Source: Candidatus Bathyarchaeota archaeon
GTDB lineage: Archaea; Thermoproteota; Bathyarchaeia; Bathyarchaeales; Bathycorpusculaceae
DNA: 64,000 nucleotides
Assembly: GCA_963707955.1 (NCBI GenBank)
Contig: OY970176.1
Span: 2,016,001 to 2,080,000, forward strand
Direction: 5' to 3'
Shown: one piece after another, positions 1-9,223 of the stretch
Layout of the letters: each line of letters begins with the position of its first letter
How positions within the stretch are numbered: position 1 is the first letter of the stretch
The notes under the pieces: generated by a model
Told to the model about the DNA's origin: nothing
What the model saw: only the letters and a program-made list of their open reading frames with translations
Database searches by the model: none
Position numbers and translations under genes: made by a program

Positions 1-76
1 GATCTTCGCCGCTTCCTCAGGCGCGTGCTAATCAGCCTTGTGAGGGCGACGTCCTACCAAACTAGACTACGAGCCC
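1..76 (-). tRNA. tRNA-Val(CAC) with intron at about 37/38; 3' part lies outside the window
   Basis: Minus strand reads GGGCTCGTAGTCTAGTTTGGTAGGACG-TCGCC-CTCACA-[27-nt insert with GGC/GCC and TGAG pairing]-C-GGCGA-AGATC. Confidence 0.8.
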
Positions 77-539
77 TGTTTGTCCATCTTTGTTTTTCCT
101 CGCCTAAGATTTGGAATACTTGTTTCAGCTTCATAAAAGCTTTCCCGAAAAGCAGGTTCAAGAAGGAGTAGAGGCGAGCCAAGTTGCACGGTACCAAGGA
201 TGATGGCCATTTCAAAGAGGAAAAACAGATCGATGAGGTCTTGATGATCGTGCTCTTCTTAGCATGTGCCTTTGTTGGCTACCTTCTAGTTCATCTGCTC
301 TGACCGTCGTCGACGTCGCGAATCAAGCTTCCAGCGCGATTGGTTGTGAAACTTTGTTCCACAAAGCTTTTTTGGCGGTGCCAAACCATTAAATTCGGGG
401 TGCAAGCTTGGAGATTTATCCATTCTCCCTTCTCCTTTTGGCTTAATCTCCCATAAGCTGAAATCGTGCTTGCGCCCCAATTTCCAACATAACGCTCAGA
501 AAACTTAAAAACAAACCCTGCCACTTTTTGGATGTCAAT

Positions 540-645
540 GCCGAGGTAGCTCAGCCTGGGAGAGCGCTCGTCTCGTTGTCTCTCAACAGCGAGGGCGAAG
601 CTGAAGACCGAGTCGTCGCCGGTTCAAACCCGGCCCTCGGCACCA
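540..645 (+). tRNA. tRNA-Phe(GAA) with non-canonical 29-nt intron (571-599) at position 30/31
   Basis: GCCGAGGTAGCTCAGCCTGGGAGAGC...CTCG|G-CTGAAGA-CCGAG...GGTTCAAACCC...CACCA; intron forms a bulge-helix-bulge. Confidence 0.93.
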
Positions 646-742
646 CAATGGACTTTTTGTTGTGTTGCAGCCAACACGTCAGCAGCTCTGCAATTGAAAT
701 CGTACTCATTTATTGGATCACGCGAACGCATGTTTGCTCGTT

Positions 743-1267
743 CTAGCCTTTTGTTTCCATGAGTATTTCTTCAAGTATTGGTAGCATGTTGCTTATGCGT
801 GCCCTTCTCTTGAGGGCATCAAGATCTACTTCGGTGAACTTCAGGATGGCTTTCACGTCTTCTATGTCTTTGAAAGCTCTTTCCTTGGGAATCGTTGCCT
901 TTATCATACGGAGCTTTGCCAAAATCAGTTCTTCAGGGATCTGGTAGAACGTTGTCAGACTCAGGATAGTTCCCGGTCTCTTGTTCAACCTCCTTCCTGA
1001 GAAAATCGTGTCGAGTGTGAACGGCGATCTGCTGTCCTTGAACGTTGCTATCTTGAATCTGGATTCAAATGCCGTGTCAATCCTGCGCTTTTCAACCTTT
1101 ACTCCTGCTTCCTTCAACGCGGACTCAAACTCGCTCCGGTTCCTACCTTCTAATGAAATCCTGACAATAACATCTGCGTCCATCGTAGTGCGAGGCGTAC
1201 CATAATAACTCGCTGCCAAAGCTCCGGTGAACATATAATCTATCCCTGCAAAATTGAAGCTCTTCAC
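743..1267 (-). CDS. Nucleotidyltransferase-fold protein (DUF6036-like); start may lie about 30 nt upstream
   Basis: TGALA..YG.PRTT.DAD motif and C-terminal E.LI..KL...R..KD..D motif. Confidence 0.75.
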   Translation of the reverse strand: MKSFNFAGIDYMFTGALAASYYGTPRTTMDADVIVRISLEGRNRSEFESALKEAGVKVEKRRIDTAFESRFKIATFKDSRSPFTLDTIFSGRRLNKRPGTILSLTTFYQIPEELILAKLRMIKATIPKERAFKDIEDVKAILKFTEVDLDALKRRARISNMLPILEEILMETKG

Positions 1268-1303
1268 AATCCTTCTGATAAATCCTTCAAAAGTCTCCAG
1301 ATT

Positions 1304-1492
1304 CTAAACCCCGCGATAACGTCTCCTGCCAAAACTGATTCGTTCTCTCACACGTTTCATAAGTTCTCCTTCAGTGATCTTGCAGTCTTGATCTTTGATG
1401 GAACCAGCGCAGATGTTCAAGCATAAGTCCGACATGTAGACTGCCGCGTTCACCCTTTCATCTGGTTTTAACTTAGACCTTGGCAAGCGCAT
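1304..1492 (-). CDS. Small basic protein, putative antitoxin-like partner of the nucleotidyltransferase
   Basis: 62-aa ORF directly upstream of and co-oriented with the NTase. Confidence 0.55.
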   Translation of the reverse strand: MRLPRSKLKPDERVNAAVYMSDLCLNICAGSIKDQDCKITEGELMKRVRERISFGRRRYRGV

Positions 1493-1671
1493 TCCTAGAA
1501 AATAGATGCTGGACTACCTTTAAGAAGTATTTCCTTTTCGCGGAGTAAGTTTTCCGTCTATCACTTTTTTTAAGGACCATTATGCTAGAGCGTTCGTTGT
1601 GCCGATCTAACTCGACTTGTCACAAGCTTAAAGGGGAACAAGGAGCGTAGGCATTAAAAGAGCGAAAGGTT

Positions 1672-2085
1672 ATGCCCCACTGTCTAAAGTGCGGTTCAGA
1701 AGTGGATGAGAAAATGGTCTTCTGCCCTAAATGTGGCGCACCGCTGAGGATGGAACAGCCTGCGGACCTGAGAGATGAGTGGAGGACAAAACGGAGGGAA
1801 TGGAGGGAGCAGAGAAGAGAGCAAAGAAGACAGAGAAGACAGGGTGAGAAAAGCGAAAAGGAGGAAAAGTGGGAGAGAACAGAGAAGCATGAGTACATGT
1901 TCTTGGGGCCGCTCATCGGTGGACTGGTGCTCATAATATTCGGAGCTTTTCTCTACTTCTTAATAGTCGGAGGCTTCAGCGTACAGCTCCTAGGTGCGCT
2001 CTTCCTCGTCTTCGTCGGAGTGATAATCATAGTTGCCGCCTTGTACTCCATCGTTGTAGCAGAAAGAAGACACCGGAGACCTTAG
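1672..2085 (+). CDS. Zinc-ribbon membrane protein
   Basis: CxxCG...FCPKCG N-terminus, charged linker, two C-terminal TM helices. Confidence 0.8.
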   Translation: MPHCLKCGSEVDEKMVFCPKCGAPLRMEQPADLRDEWRTKRREWREQRREQRRQRRQGEKSEKEEKWERTEKHEYMFLGPLIGGLVLIIFGAFLYFLIVGGFSVQLLGALFLVFVGVIIIVAALYSIVVAERRHRRP

Positions 2086-2341
2086 ACACACTTGCCCGCG
2101 CTGGCGTACGAACTTTTGTAAGGCGTTATCAGCCGGCGAGTTCATGGAAGTGAGCGATCACCTAGGTTAATGATCTGAACGTTTGAAGATGCTGCTTCGA
2201 AAAACAGGGAACATGAGGCTCGGCAAGCCTCGAAGCTTTGGTTCTTGATCGAAAGTTCAGCGACGCAGTCAAGTCTCAGTGGATGGAGTCAAGAAAAACT
2301 CGTGGAAAAAAACTATCGTGCACATTCTTCCTTCGGTCGCG

Positions 2342-2497
2342 CTATTCGCTCTCTTCGCTTCCTCGTTGCATCATCCTTCGCATCATTCCACGCATTTGAG
2401 GCATGTTCTTCATGCTCTCTTTCATCAACTCCATCAAAGCCTCGTTTAACTCTACTTCCAACGTAATTTTCGCGTGGCCTTTCTTCTCTTCACTCAT
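2342..2497 (-). CDS. Small Met-rich hypothetical protein (51 aa; not in the ORF track)
   Basis: MSEEKKGHAKITLEVELNEALMELMKESMKNMPQMRGMMRRMMQRGSEESE, preceded by a GGAGGTGA RBS. Confidence 0.65.
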   Translation of the reverse strand: MSEEKKGHAKITLEVELNEALMELMKESMKNMPQMRGMMRRMMQRGSEESE

Positions 2498-2501
2498 CGT
2501 A

Positions 2502-2762
2502 TCACCTCCAGATTCTTTTGAACATTCGAACTAACGTGTCTCTTAATATCCACGTTGCCTGTTGCCGCTTCAAATCTAGGTCAACCTCAATTCTGTAGTG
2601 AAACTTGCCAATTCTCCTCGTCTTGACGTTGTAGTCGTCAATCAGTCCTCTGTTCTTCCAGTCCTTCAGTCTTCTTCGCAGCCAGAAAGAGATGAAACGA
2701 GGTGACACTGGCTCCAAAAGCAAGGCAAATCTGACGAAGAGAGGGAGACGATGTGAGGACAA
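2502..2762 (-). CDS. Hypothetical basic protein
   Basis: 86-aa ORF in an operon with the ORF above. Confidence 0.6.
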   Translation of the reverse strand: MSSHRLPLFVRFALLLEPVSPRFISFWLRRRLKDWKNRGLIDDYNVKTRRIGKFHYRIEVDLDLKRQQATWILRDTLVRMFKRIWR

Positions 2763-3064
2763 ATTGCATACGCTTCCAATGCTGGCTAGCTAAACGAACG
2801 CTTGCCTTATAGTCCTTACGTTTTACATCGATTCACTACAGTTGAGATTCAATCGAGAGACCTCTAAGAAAATCTCTGGCAAACAGCGAATGATCTAAGA
2901 GCTTCAGTCGATCGATTCTTTGGAGCTCCACCTCGGAAAACGTCAATGTGCCTATCTGGAACAAAAGCTTTGCCCATTTTCTGCGATTGTGTATAGCTAT
3001 GTCAGCCTTGCCTGGCTTTGTTTTCGGGTCTTCTGGTTGTCCGGACGATTGGCATGAAGCAATA

Positions 3065-3102
3065 TTACCAATAGGTAAGCCTATATATTACCTAAAGGTA
3101 AT
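3065..3102. promoter_or_regulatory. Two TTACC-N4-GGTAA palindromes flanking a TATA box; candidate operator
   Basis: TTACCAATAGGTAA (3065-3078), CTATATAT, TTACCTAAAGGTAA (3088-3101), about 35 nt upstream of the wHTH gene. Confidence 0.7.
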
Positions 3103-3134
3103 TACTGTCTTGTAATAAAGGAAGCGAATCACGG

Positions 3135-3545
3135 ATGAAGCTGAGACTTCAATTGGTGCGAGACGGAGAGACGCTGTTCGAGATTCCTCTTTCGCCGGAG
3201 GACTGGGCGAAGAAGGACTTGCAAGAAGAGTTGAAGGAGACGGAGGAAAATTTTGAGAGGTTCTCAAACATTTTTGATGTTCTGTCCCACGAGACGCGGC
3301 TGAGAATGATGATGCGACTTGTTGGAGCAGACGATCGCACGTTGAGTTTTGCAGATTTCATGCAGGACCTGGACCTAAACCCCAAGATCGTCTGGGAGAA
3401 CTCCAAAAAGCTTGAGAAAGGCGGCCTGTTGGAGAAGACTGGAAGGGGAAAGTACGTGTGTTCGGAGTTCGGGGAGACGTTCATGATGATAAGTCTGGCT
3501 TTGCGCCGTCTGATAGAATCGCTAGAAGAAATGGAGCAACTTTAG
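3135..3545 (+). CDS. ArsR-like winged-helix transcriptional regulator
   Basis: FDVLSHETRLRMM...LSFADFMQDLDLNPKIVWENSKKLEKGGLLEK...Y pattern. Confidence 0.8.
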   Translation: MKLRLQLVRDGETLFEIPLSPEDWAKKDLQEELKETEENFERFSNIFDVLSHETRLRMMMRLVGADDRTLSFADFMQDLDLNPKIVWENSKKLEKGGLLEKTGRGKYVCSEFGETFMMISLALRRLIESLEEMEQL

Positions 3546-3560
3546 GGGAGGTGAAAGAGC

Positions 3561-4133
3561 TTGTCGTTTGATGATGACTTTGGCGATATTTTCAACGACT
3601 TCGATATCTTCAAGCTGATGAAGAAGTCTCAGAACGAGCTGGAAAAGATGTTGAAAAGAATCCGGAGCGGAGAAATCGAGGGCTTATGGGAGATAAAGCA
3701 AATCGATGAGCCTGACATAAAGGGATTCGAAATTCGAGGCCGCTTCGGGACAGAGGAGCCGCTTCACTCGTTGGAACCAGTCGAACCGTTGAAGCCTTCG
3801 AAGAGACGACCGTTGCGTGAAAGGCCCTTCGAAGTTCCGAAGACTGCGTTGAAGGAGATGCGTGAGCCACTGGTTGACATCTTCGAAGAAAATAGTGCCG
3901 TAAAAGTGTACGCCGAGTTGCCTGGCGTTGAAAAGGACGACATAAAGCTGAAAATCGGAGAAGGTCGTATTGAAGTCAAGGCCAAAAACTTCTACAAGAC
4001 CATAGACTTGGCCACCCGACACATTGCAACGAACGGTGTTTCAACCCAGTACAAGAACGGAGTGCTTGAGATAACACTTCCAAAGATGAAAAAACTGCGC
4101 GAAAAGGACGCGAAGAACCTGAAGGCAGCGTAG
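3561..4133 (+). CDS. hsp20: Small heat shock protein Hsp20
   Basis: REPLVDIFE...AELPGVEKDDI...YKNGVLEITLPK alpha-crystallin motifs. Confidence 0.93.
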   Translation: MSFDDDFGDIFNDFDIFKLMKKSQNELEKMLKRIRSGEIEGLWEIKQIDEPDIKGFEIRGRFGTEEPLHSLEPVEPLKPSKRRPLRERPFEVPKTALKEMREPLVDIFEENSAVKVYAELPGVEKDDIKLKIGEGRIEVKAKNFYKTIDLATRHIATNGVSTQYKNGVLEITLPKMKKLREKDAKNLKAA

Positions 4134-4417
4134 ATAAGCAGCACTTCGCTCTGCCTTTATTTTGCTTCGGCCGACAAATGTTTGCCGAATTTCTTTTTTC
4201 CAGTTTTTGCCTAGCGTTGTTAGCACCTCGCATATTGCGCGCGCTAATGCTATGTGCCCAATGGGTAGGCGCTGCTAAGTTCAAAACGGCCACTGACTAA
4301 AACAACGCCAAAAGATACTTGAACAACGATTTTGGCACAAAGAGTAGACTTAAATGCCGTGTTTAGAAAAACAAAATAGGGACATCTGCGAAGTGTCCTC
4401 TGCGCTACGCGCAACCT

Positions 4418-4495
4418 GCGGGCGTAGTCTAGTTTGGTCTAGGACATCAGCCTGCCACGCTGACGACCCGGGTTCAAATCTCGGCGCCCGCACCA
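4418..4495 (+). tRNA. tRNA-Gly(GCC)
   Basis: GCGGGCG..., TCAGC-CTGCCAC-GCTGA anticodon arm, GGTTCAAATC, ends CGCCCGCACCA. Confidence 0.95.
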
Positions 4496-4538
4496 AGAAC
4501 TTTCTCTTCTCGGAAAGAGAACCTAGGAGAAAACGGCG

Positions 4539-7403
4539 TTACGGGTAATGTTGGCCGAAGTGGCGTAGGGCGGTAACTACGTCTCCCATGTCTACTCTGC
4601 CGTTGTCGTCTATGTCGCAGTTGGCATTGTACCTTGCCATTCCAGTCGTTGACCCGAATGCCGTGAGTATGAGCGTTACGTCTCCCTTGTCAACCTTAAA
4701 GTTTCCGTCAACGTCGCCTGGAATGGTTACGATCGCATTGCCGCCCGTGCAATTGTTGTTCGCAGTGTTTGTTTCGTTTTGAACGGGCCATGCGTAAGCG
4801 CTTATGGTGTAGTTGCCATAAGCAAAGCCAGCAGTGTTCCAGGTGAAGGTGATGAGGGTGGACGTTGCGCTGAGCAAACTAGTGACGGTTATATTTCCAA
4901 TTGGGGCTGTGTTGGCGTAGAGCGTTACGTTAAACGTTTCTGGCCAGTTTCCTAGGTTTGTAGCGGTCACTGTCAGGTTTTGGGAGTAGCCTTGGCCGAT
5001 GATGGCTTTATAAGACGACACTTCGGTGACAGCAACGTCGTGATATGGAGAGGTTGTGAGGCTGATTGTGAAGTTGGCTGCAGCGCCTATCCGGTCGCTG
5101 TAATCATAGGCTTGATAGTTCCCAAAAGCGGTGACCGAGCCTGAAATCATGGCTTCAGCTGTTATGCTGACCGTTCCGGTCACGGACGAGTTTGCTATCA
5201 ATGTCCAAGTTACGGTTTGACTGTTTCCAGCTTCCATGAAACCTGTGCCTAAGGTCTTGGTTTGGTCTTCGCCAGGAGCAAGAATTAGCCCAGAAGGCAA
5301 CGTTATCGATGCATTGCAAGATGAAGCTGGATAAGTTGACACAGCGCCTGGTAGAGGTTGTGGATAAGTAATCGTCGACTGCACTTGGAACGGCGTTCCG
5401 GGCGAAACACCAGTCGGTGCGGAGAAAGTCACGTTCCAAGGAGAGACATAGAGAGCCCAGTAGTCATCATACGACCAAAGGTCCATGAATTTGCTGATGT
5501 TGAAAGCAGTAACTGGGCCACCGTAATTGCTTCCCCATAACGCCTTGTTCCACGGGTCCTGCATAAAAATATTAGTCTGATTGTAGCCTATTGCAACGCG
5601 AAAATGGCCATTAACGTGGCTGCTGGTAAACCACATGCACAGTATAAGCGGTTTCCCCTGTTCAAGAAGACTTTCAAGAACCGTCAAGTTCATGCCATAT
5701 GTTTCGAAGGCCGAACACCCTAAAGGCTGCGAAGTGTACCCTGTAATGTTGTAGGGAAGTTGATTACCCGTCGACGTGCTCGAATTGCTGAACTGCGCTG
5801 CCCTCCTCAAGTCATCGTCAGCAGTTCCGTCGTATGAAGGAAAGCCGATGGTTCTCGCGGCGGATGCTATTTCAGACTGCGATATGCTCCTGCCGTAGTA
5901 ACTGAAGACCATTTGAAGACAGGCTGGACCGCAATAGTAGTCTTTTTCTTGAAAGCTGAAAGGAACCGGAAGAATAGTCTCACCTGAAGCCACATAGTGA
6001 GCAGTGTAAACTCCGCCGGATGACACCGTTATCGTCGTAGTCCTTTCACCATCTTCCCAATCCAGAAACGCATTATTGTTCGCATCTGCGGTCGTCACGG
6101 TAAAAGTGTGAGTGCCCGTTAGCCCTGTCGCCGTGTAAGGAGTCCCATAGCCGGTTGGCAACCCGTCCATCGTAATCGGCACGTTAACATCCGCGTTCTC
6201 AGAGTAGTCGTGAGCACAAATGACGACACTGTACACGTAAGTTTGAGACGAACCGAAACAATACACGTTGTCATCCTGCGAGCCCACGTACAGCATCCCC
6301 TCAGCAACAGCTGGGGAAGAATACACTGCCCCACCCGTCGTGTAGCTCCACACCAAAGTCCCCGTCGACCCGTTCAAACAATACACGTTGCCGTCGTCCG
6401 AACCAACATAAACCATCCCTCCTGCAACAGCAGGAGAGCAATCCATCTCGCCTCCTGTCATGTAGCTCCACACAGGCATGCCAGACGCACCGTTCAAACA
6501 GCAAACTCCATCCTCTAATCCAAGGTAAACGTCGCCGCCAGCGACAGCCGGAGAAGACAGAGCCAAGCCTGATGTGTATTTCCATACAAGCATCCCAGTT
6601 GAAGCGTTCAAACAATAAACATTGTTATCATATGAACTCACGTAGACAGCGTCGTTGGCAACAGCTGGAGAAGAAAACACCCAGGCACCAGTCGTGTAGT
6701 TCCACACCGATGCGCCTGTTGTGGCGTTCAAGGCGTAGAAGTTGTTGTCATCTGAGCCTACGTAGACAACGCCACCGGCAACAGCTGGGGAAGAATACAC
6801 TGCCCCACCCGTTATGTAGCTCCACACCAAAGTCCCCGTAGACGCGTTCAAGCAGTAAAAATCATTATCGCACGACCCCACGTAGACAGCGTCGTTGGCA
6901 ACAGCAGGAGAAGACTCCACCTGCCCGCCAGTCGTGTAGTTCCACACCGATGCGCCTGTTGTGGCGTTCAAGGCGTAGACTTTGTCGTCGCCTGAGCCCA
7001 CGTAGACAACGCCACCGGCAACAGCTGGGGAAGAATACACTGCCCCACCTGTTATGTAGCTCCACACCAAAGTCCCCGTCGACCCGTTCAAGCAATACAC
7101 GTTGCCGTCGTCCGAACCAACATAAACCATCCCGCCTACAACAGCAGGAGAAGAAAGCACATAATTTCCCGTAGCGTAGCTCCATGCCGTATGGTTTGTT
7201 GTCGGTGCTGACGTTGAATACCCACTGTGGTTCAGGTCATGGTGAAACATCGGCCACCAGTCTACGACGTCTGCAGTGGACTGTGCCACAGTGGTTCCAG
7301 AGCTACCATGGGACTCGGTTGCTCCGATGAAAGTGCTCGTGGATAATACCGATATGAAAAACAGCATGACTAGGACGAAACACACAATCGCTTCTCTTTT
7401 CAT
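4539..7403 (-). CDS. Secreted multidomain protein: PQQ-type beta-propeller, C39-like peptidase, CARDB and dockerin-like domains
   Basis: Signal peptide; WPMFHHD; repeated SSPAV..G.VYVGS.D; QEKDYYCGPAC, GHFRVAIGY and DPW motifs; HDVAVT; PGDVDGN...DIDDNGRVD. Confidence 0.88.
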   Translation of the reverse strand: MKREAIVCFVLVMLFFISVLSTSTFIGATESHGSSGTTVAQSTADVVDWWPMFHHDLNHSGYSTSAPTTNHTAWSYATGNYVLSSPAVVGGMVYVGSDDGNVYCLNGSTGTLVWSYITGGAVYSSPAVAGGVVYVGSGDDKVYALNATTGASVWNYTTGGQVESSPAVANDAVYVGSCDNDFYCLNASTGTLVWSYITGGAVYSSPAVAGGVVYVGSDDNNFYALNATTGASVWNYTTGAWVFSSPAVANDAVYVSSYDNNVYCLNASTGMLVWKYTSGLALSSPAVAGGDVYLGLEDGVCCLNGASGMPVWSYMTGGEMDCSPAVAGGMVYVGSDDGNVYCLNGSTGTLVWSYTTGGAVYSSPAVAEGMLYVGSQDDNVYCFGSSQTYVYSVVICAHDYSENADVNVPITMDGLPTGYGTPYTATGLTGTHTFTVTTADANNNAFLDWEDGERTTTITVSSGGVYTAHYVASGETILPVPFSFQEKDYYCGPACLQMVFSYYGRSISQSEIASAARTIGFPSYDGTADDDLRRAAQFSNSSTSTGNQLPYNITGYTSQPLGCSAFETYGMNLTVLESLLEQGKPLILCMWFTSSHVNGHFRVAIGYNQTNIFMQDPWNKALWGSNYGGPVTAFNISKFMDLWSYDDYWALYVSPWNVTFSAPTGVSPGTPFQVQSTITYPQPLPGAVSTYPASSCNASITLPSGLILAPGEDQTKTLGTGFMEAGNSQTVTWTLIANSSVTGTVSITAEAMISGSVTAFGNYQAYDYSDRIGAAANFTISLTTSPYHDVAVTEVSSYKAIIGQGYSQNLTVTATNLGNWPETFNVTLYANTAPIGNITVTSLLSATSTLITFTWNTAGFAYGNYTISAYAWPVQNETNTANNNCTGGNAIVTIPGDVDGNFKVDKGDVTLILTAFGSTTGMARYNANCDIDDNGRVDMGDVVTALRHFGQHYP
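6260..7185. repeat. Intragenic tandem repeats of about 120 bp (PQQ blades) with near-identical DNA copies
   Basis: ACAGCTGGGGAAGAATACACTGCCCCACC recurs at 6308, 6781 and 7021. Confidence 0.85.
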
Positions 7404-7665
7404 TTTCCTTCCCCTTCCCCTGCATACTGATGGTTAAAGCCTGAATTAAAAGTTTACCCAGACCATACACTTGAAAGCTCTATTCGTTTCGCGCGCGTTC
7501 TTCCAGAAAAAAGAAAGGTGGTTCTTAGGCCTGGCATAAACCCAGCCTTTCGCCTCAGGTCGCCACAAGTCTTCCATCTCGGAGATTGTTGACAGGGCTC
7601 TGAGCTCTGAGAGTTGTTGTCGCACCTTCAGGCAGTGTTAGAATCTCTAAGTCTGTGAGGCTGTG

Positions 7666-9219
7666 CTAGGGCTTGACAACTTCAGCGTTTTCGGTGCTGA
7701 TTCCGCGCCAGTTTATCTTGTATCCGAGTGCTTCTAAAACGCCTGTTGCATCTTCCACTCCTTCAGTTTCGATCGTTTCAGCGGCTTCGGACAGGCTGAT
7801 TCGTCCCTTCTGCTTGATTCGCTCATCGATTGTTCTCCCGATCTGTTCAAGCCGGTCTTTTCTGACCAGCTTGTCGGACATCACAACGTAGTCCTGCGGA
7901 GGTTTTTCAGTCAGCGCTGCCTTGACAGCTTCTGATGAAACCCCGATTCTCGCGGCCAACTCTTCAAAGTTCACGATGGGCTCAGTGAACACTATGGGCA
8001 GTTCTCTGACAAGACTGGTCTGCTTCGCTTTGACCTCTCGAAAAGCTTGTTCCAAGTAGCGAAGAACTGGCGATAACGGGATTCTGTCATGGTAGTACAT
8101 GACGTTCAATCTTCCCTGCTTGCCCAGGTTTGACAGTTTTTCGCATGCCAGCTTCTGGTTGACGGCCACGAGCATGTCAACGTCGGTTTTCTTCAGTTTC
8201 TCGACCTTTCGTAGCAGGTAATCGACGGTCCAGAACCCAACGATCTCTAGGTACACTTTAGTTCCGTCTTTCTCAAGTGAGAAGTCGGGGATGATGACCT
8301 GTCTGCCCGCTAGAACAGGCTCAGGTTCCCTCTTCAAGATCCACCCGGACGTCAGGGCCTGAAAACGCGTGGCGAAATCCTCTTCAACGCTGCTGTCGAA
8401 GGACAGCTGTGCTGGTTCTGTTTTCCTCATCAGAGCGCGGTGTTTCCAGCTTTCGATCTTGAAGTCGCATATCTCGTTCGTGTATTTCCACAGGATCTTC
8501 GCCTCAACCGTCCATTCTGGGCTGGCAACTATGACGGGAACAAGTTTGGCTGTGGCCGTTCCGTACCTTCTGGTCAGCTTGAAGAGGCTTGCGGGACCGT
8601 CTACCTTCACCCACAGGCGCTCAGCTTGATAGGCCTCGTAAATCAGGCCTAACCGCTTGATAGAACGGAAGATCTGCTGCCAGTTGCCCGACGCCGTGAA
8701 CCTTACCTCGGTAGAGTCGAAAAGAAGCGTCTGCGTCAAGCTGACGTTGTACTCTTGAAGCAGCTCTTGTGCAGATAAAGGTTCAAACTCCTCCAACACC
8801 AGCTCGGTGTCCAAGTCTGCGTCGAAGAACTGCTCAACCATCGCCACGTCTACCTTCAATTCTGAGGCGACAGCCTCAACTATTCGCGCTCTGCGTTCCT
8901 GCGTGGTGGGCAACCCGAGTCTTCCGACTGCCTGAAAGATCCTCCTTCTCAGGTCCACAGCATTGATCTTGTCGTCACATCTGAAGCGGCTTCTCCTGTC
9001 GAGAAGAAGGGACAAACCCCGGACAAAACGATAATCGTAGCCTTCATCCTCAAACCCGTCTACAAACTCCTTCACGACGCGCTTCTTCTCACCGACGTGG
9101 CGCTTGTAGGCTTCAACGAGACCGTTAGCGACATCCAGCTTATCGGCGGACAGCGTGGCGTAACGCGGCCAGACCGTGCCCTTTCTCTTCCAAACCGCTA
9201 GAAGCTCGCTCGGAAGCAT
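7666..9219 (-). CDS. bax1: Bax1 endonuclease (DUF790)
   Basis: MLPSELL start, YNVSLTQTLLF, DGPASLF...RYG, FDSSVEEDF, REPEP, IPDF, LEIVGFWT..YL; adjacent to XPB. Confidence 0.92.
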   Translation of the reverse strand: MLPSELLAVWKRKGTVWPRYATLSADKLDVANGLVEAYKRHVGEKKRVVKEFVDGFEDEGYDYRFVRGLSLLLDRRSRFRCDDKINAVDLRRRIFQAVGRLGLPTTQERRARIVEAVASELKVDVAMVEQFFDADLDTELVLEEFEPLSAQELLQEYNVSLTQTLLFDSTEVRFTASGNWQQIFRSIKRLGLIYEAYQAERLWVKVDGPASLFKLTRRYGTATAKLVPVIVASPEWTVEAKILWKYTNEICDFKIESWKHRALMRKTEPAQLSFDSSVEEDFATRFQALTSGWILKREPEPVLAGRQVIIPDFSLEKDGTKVYLEIVGFWTVDYLLRKVEKLKKTDVDMLVAVNQKLACEKLSNLGKQGRLNVMYYHDRIPLSPVLRYLEQAFREVKAKQTSLVRELPIVFTEPIVNFEELAARIGVSSEAVKAALTEKPPQDYVVMSDKLVRKDRLEQIGRTIDERIKQKGRISLSEAAETIETEGVEDATGVLEALGYKINWRGISTENAEVVKP

Positions 9220-9223
9220 GCTC

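Noticed and set aside
528-746. 72-aa ORF
   Set aside because: Overlaps tRNA-Phe.
4354-4548. 64-aa ORF
   Set aside because: Overlaps tRNA-Gly.
7505-7660. Possible small RNA in the intergenic gap
   Set aside because: Only short stems; no convincing C/D, H/ACA or ribozyme motif.
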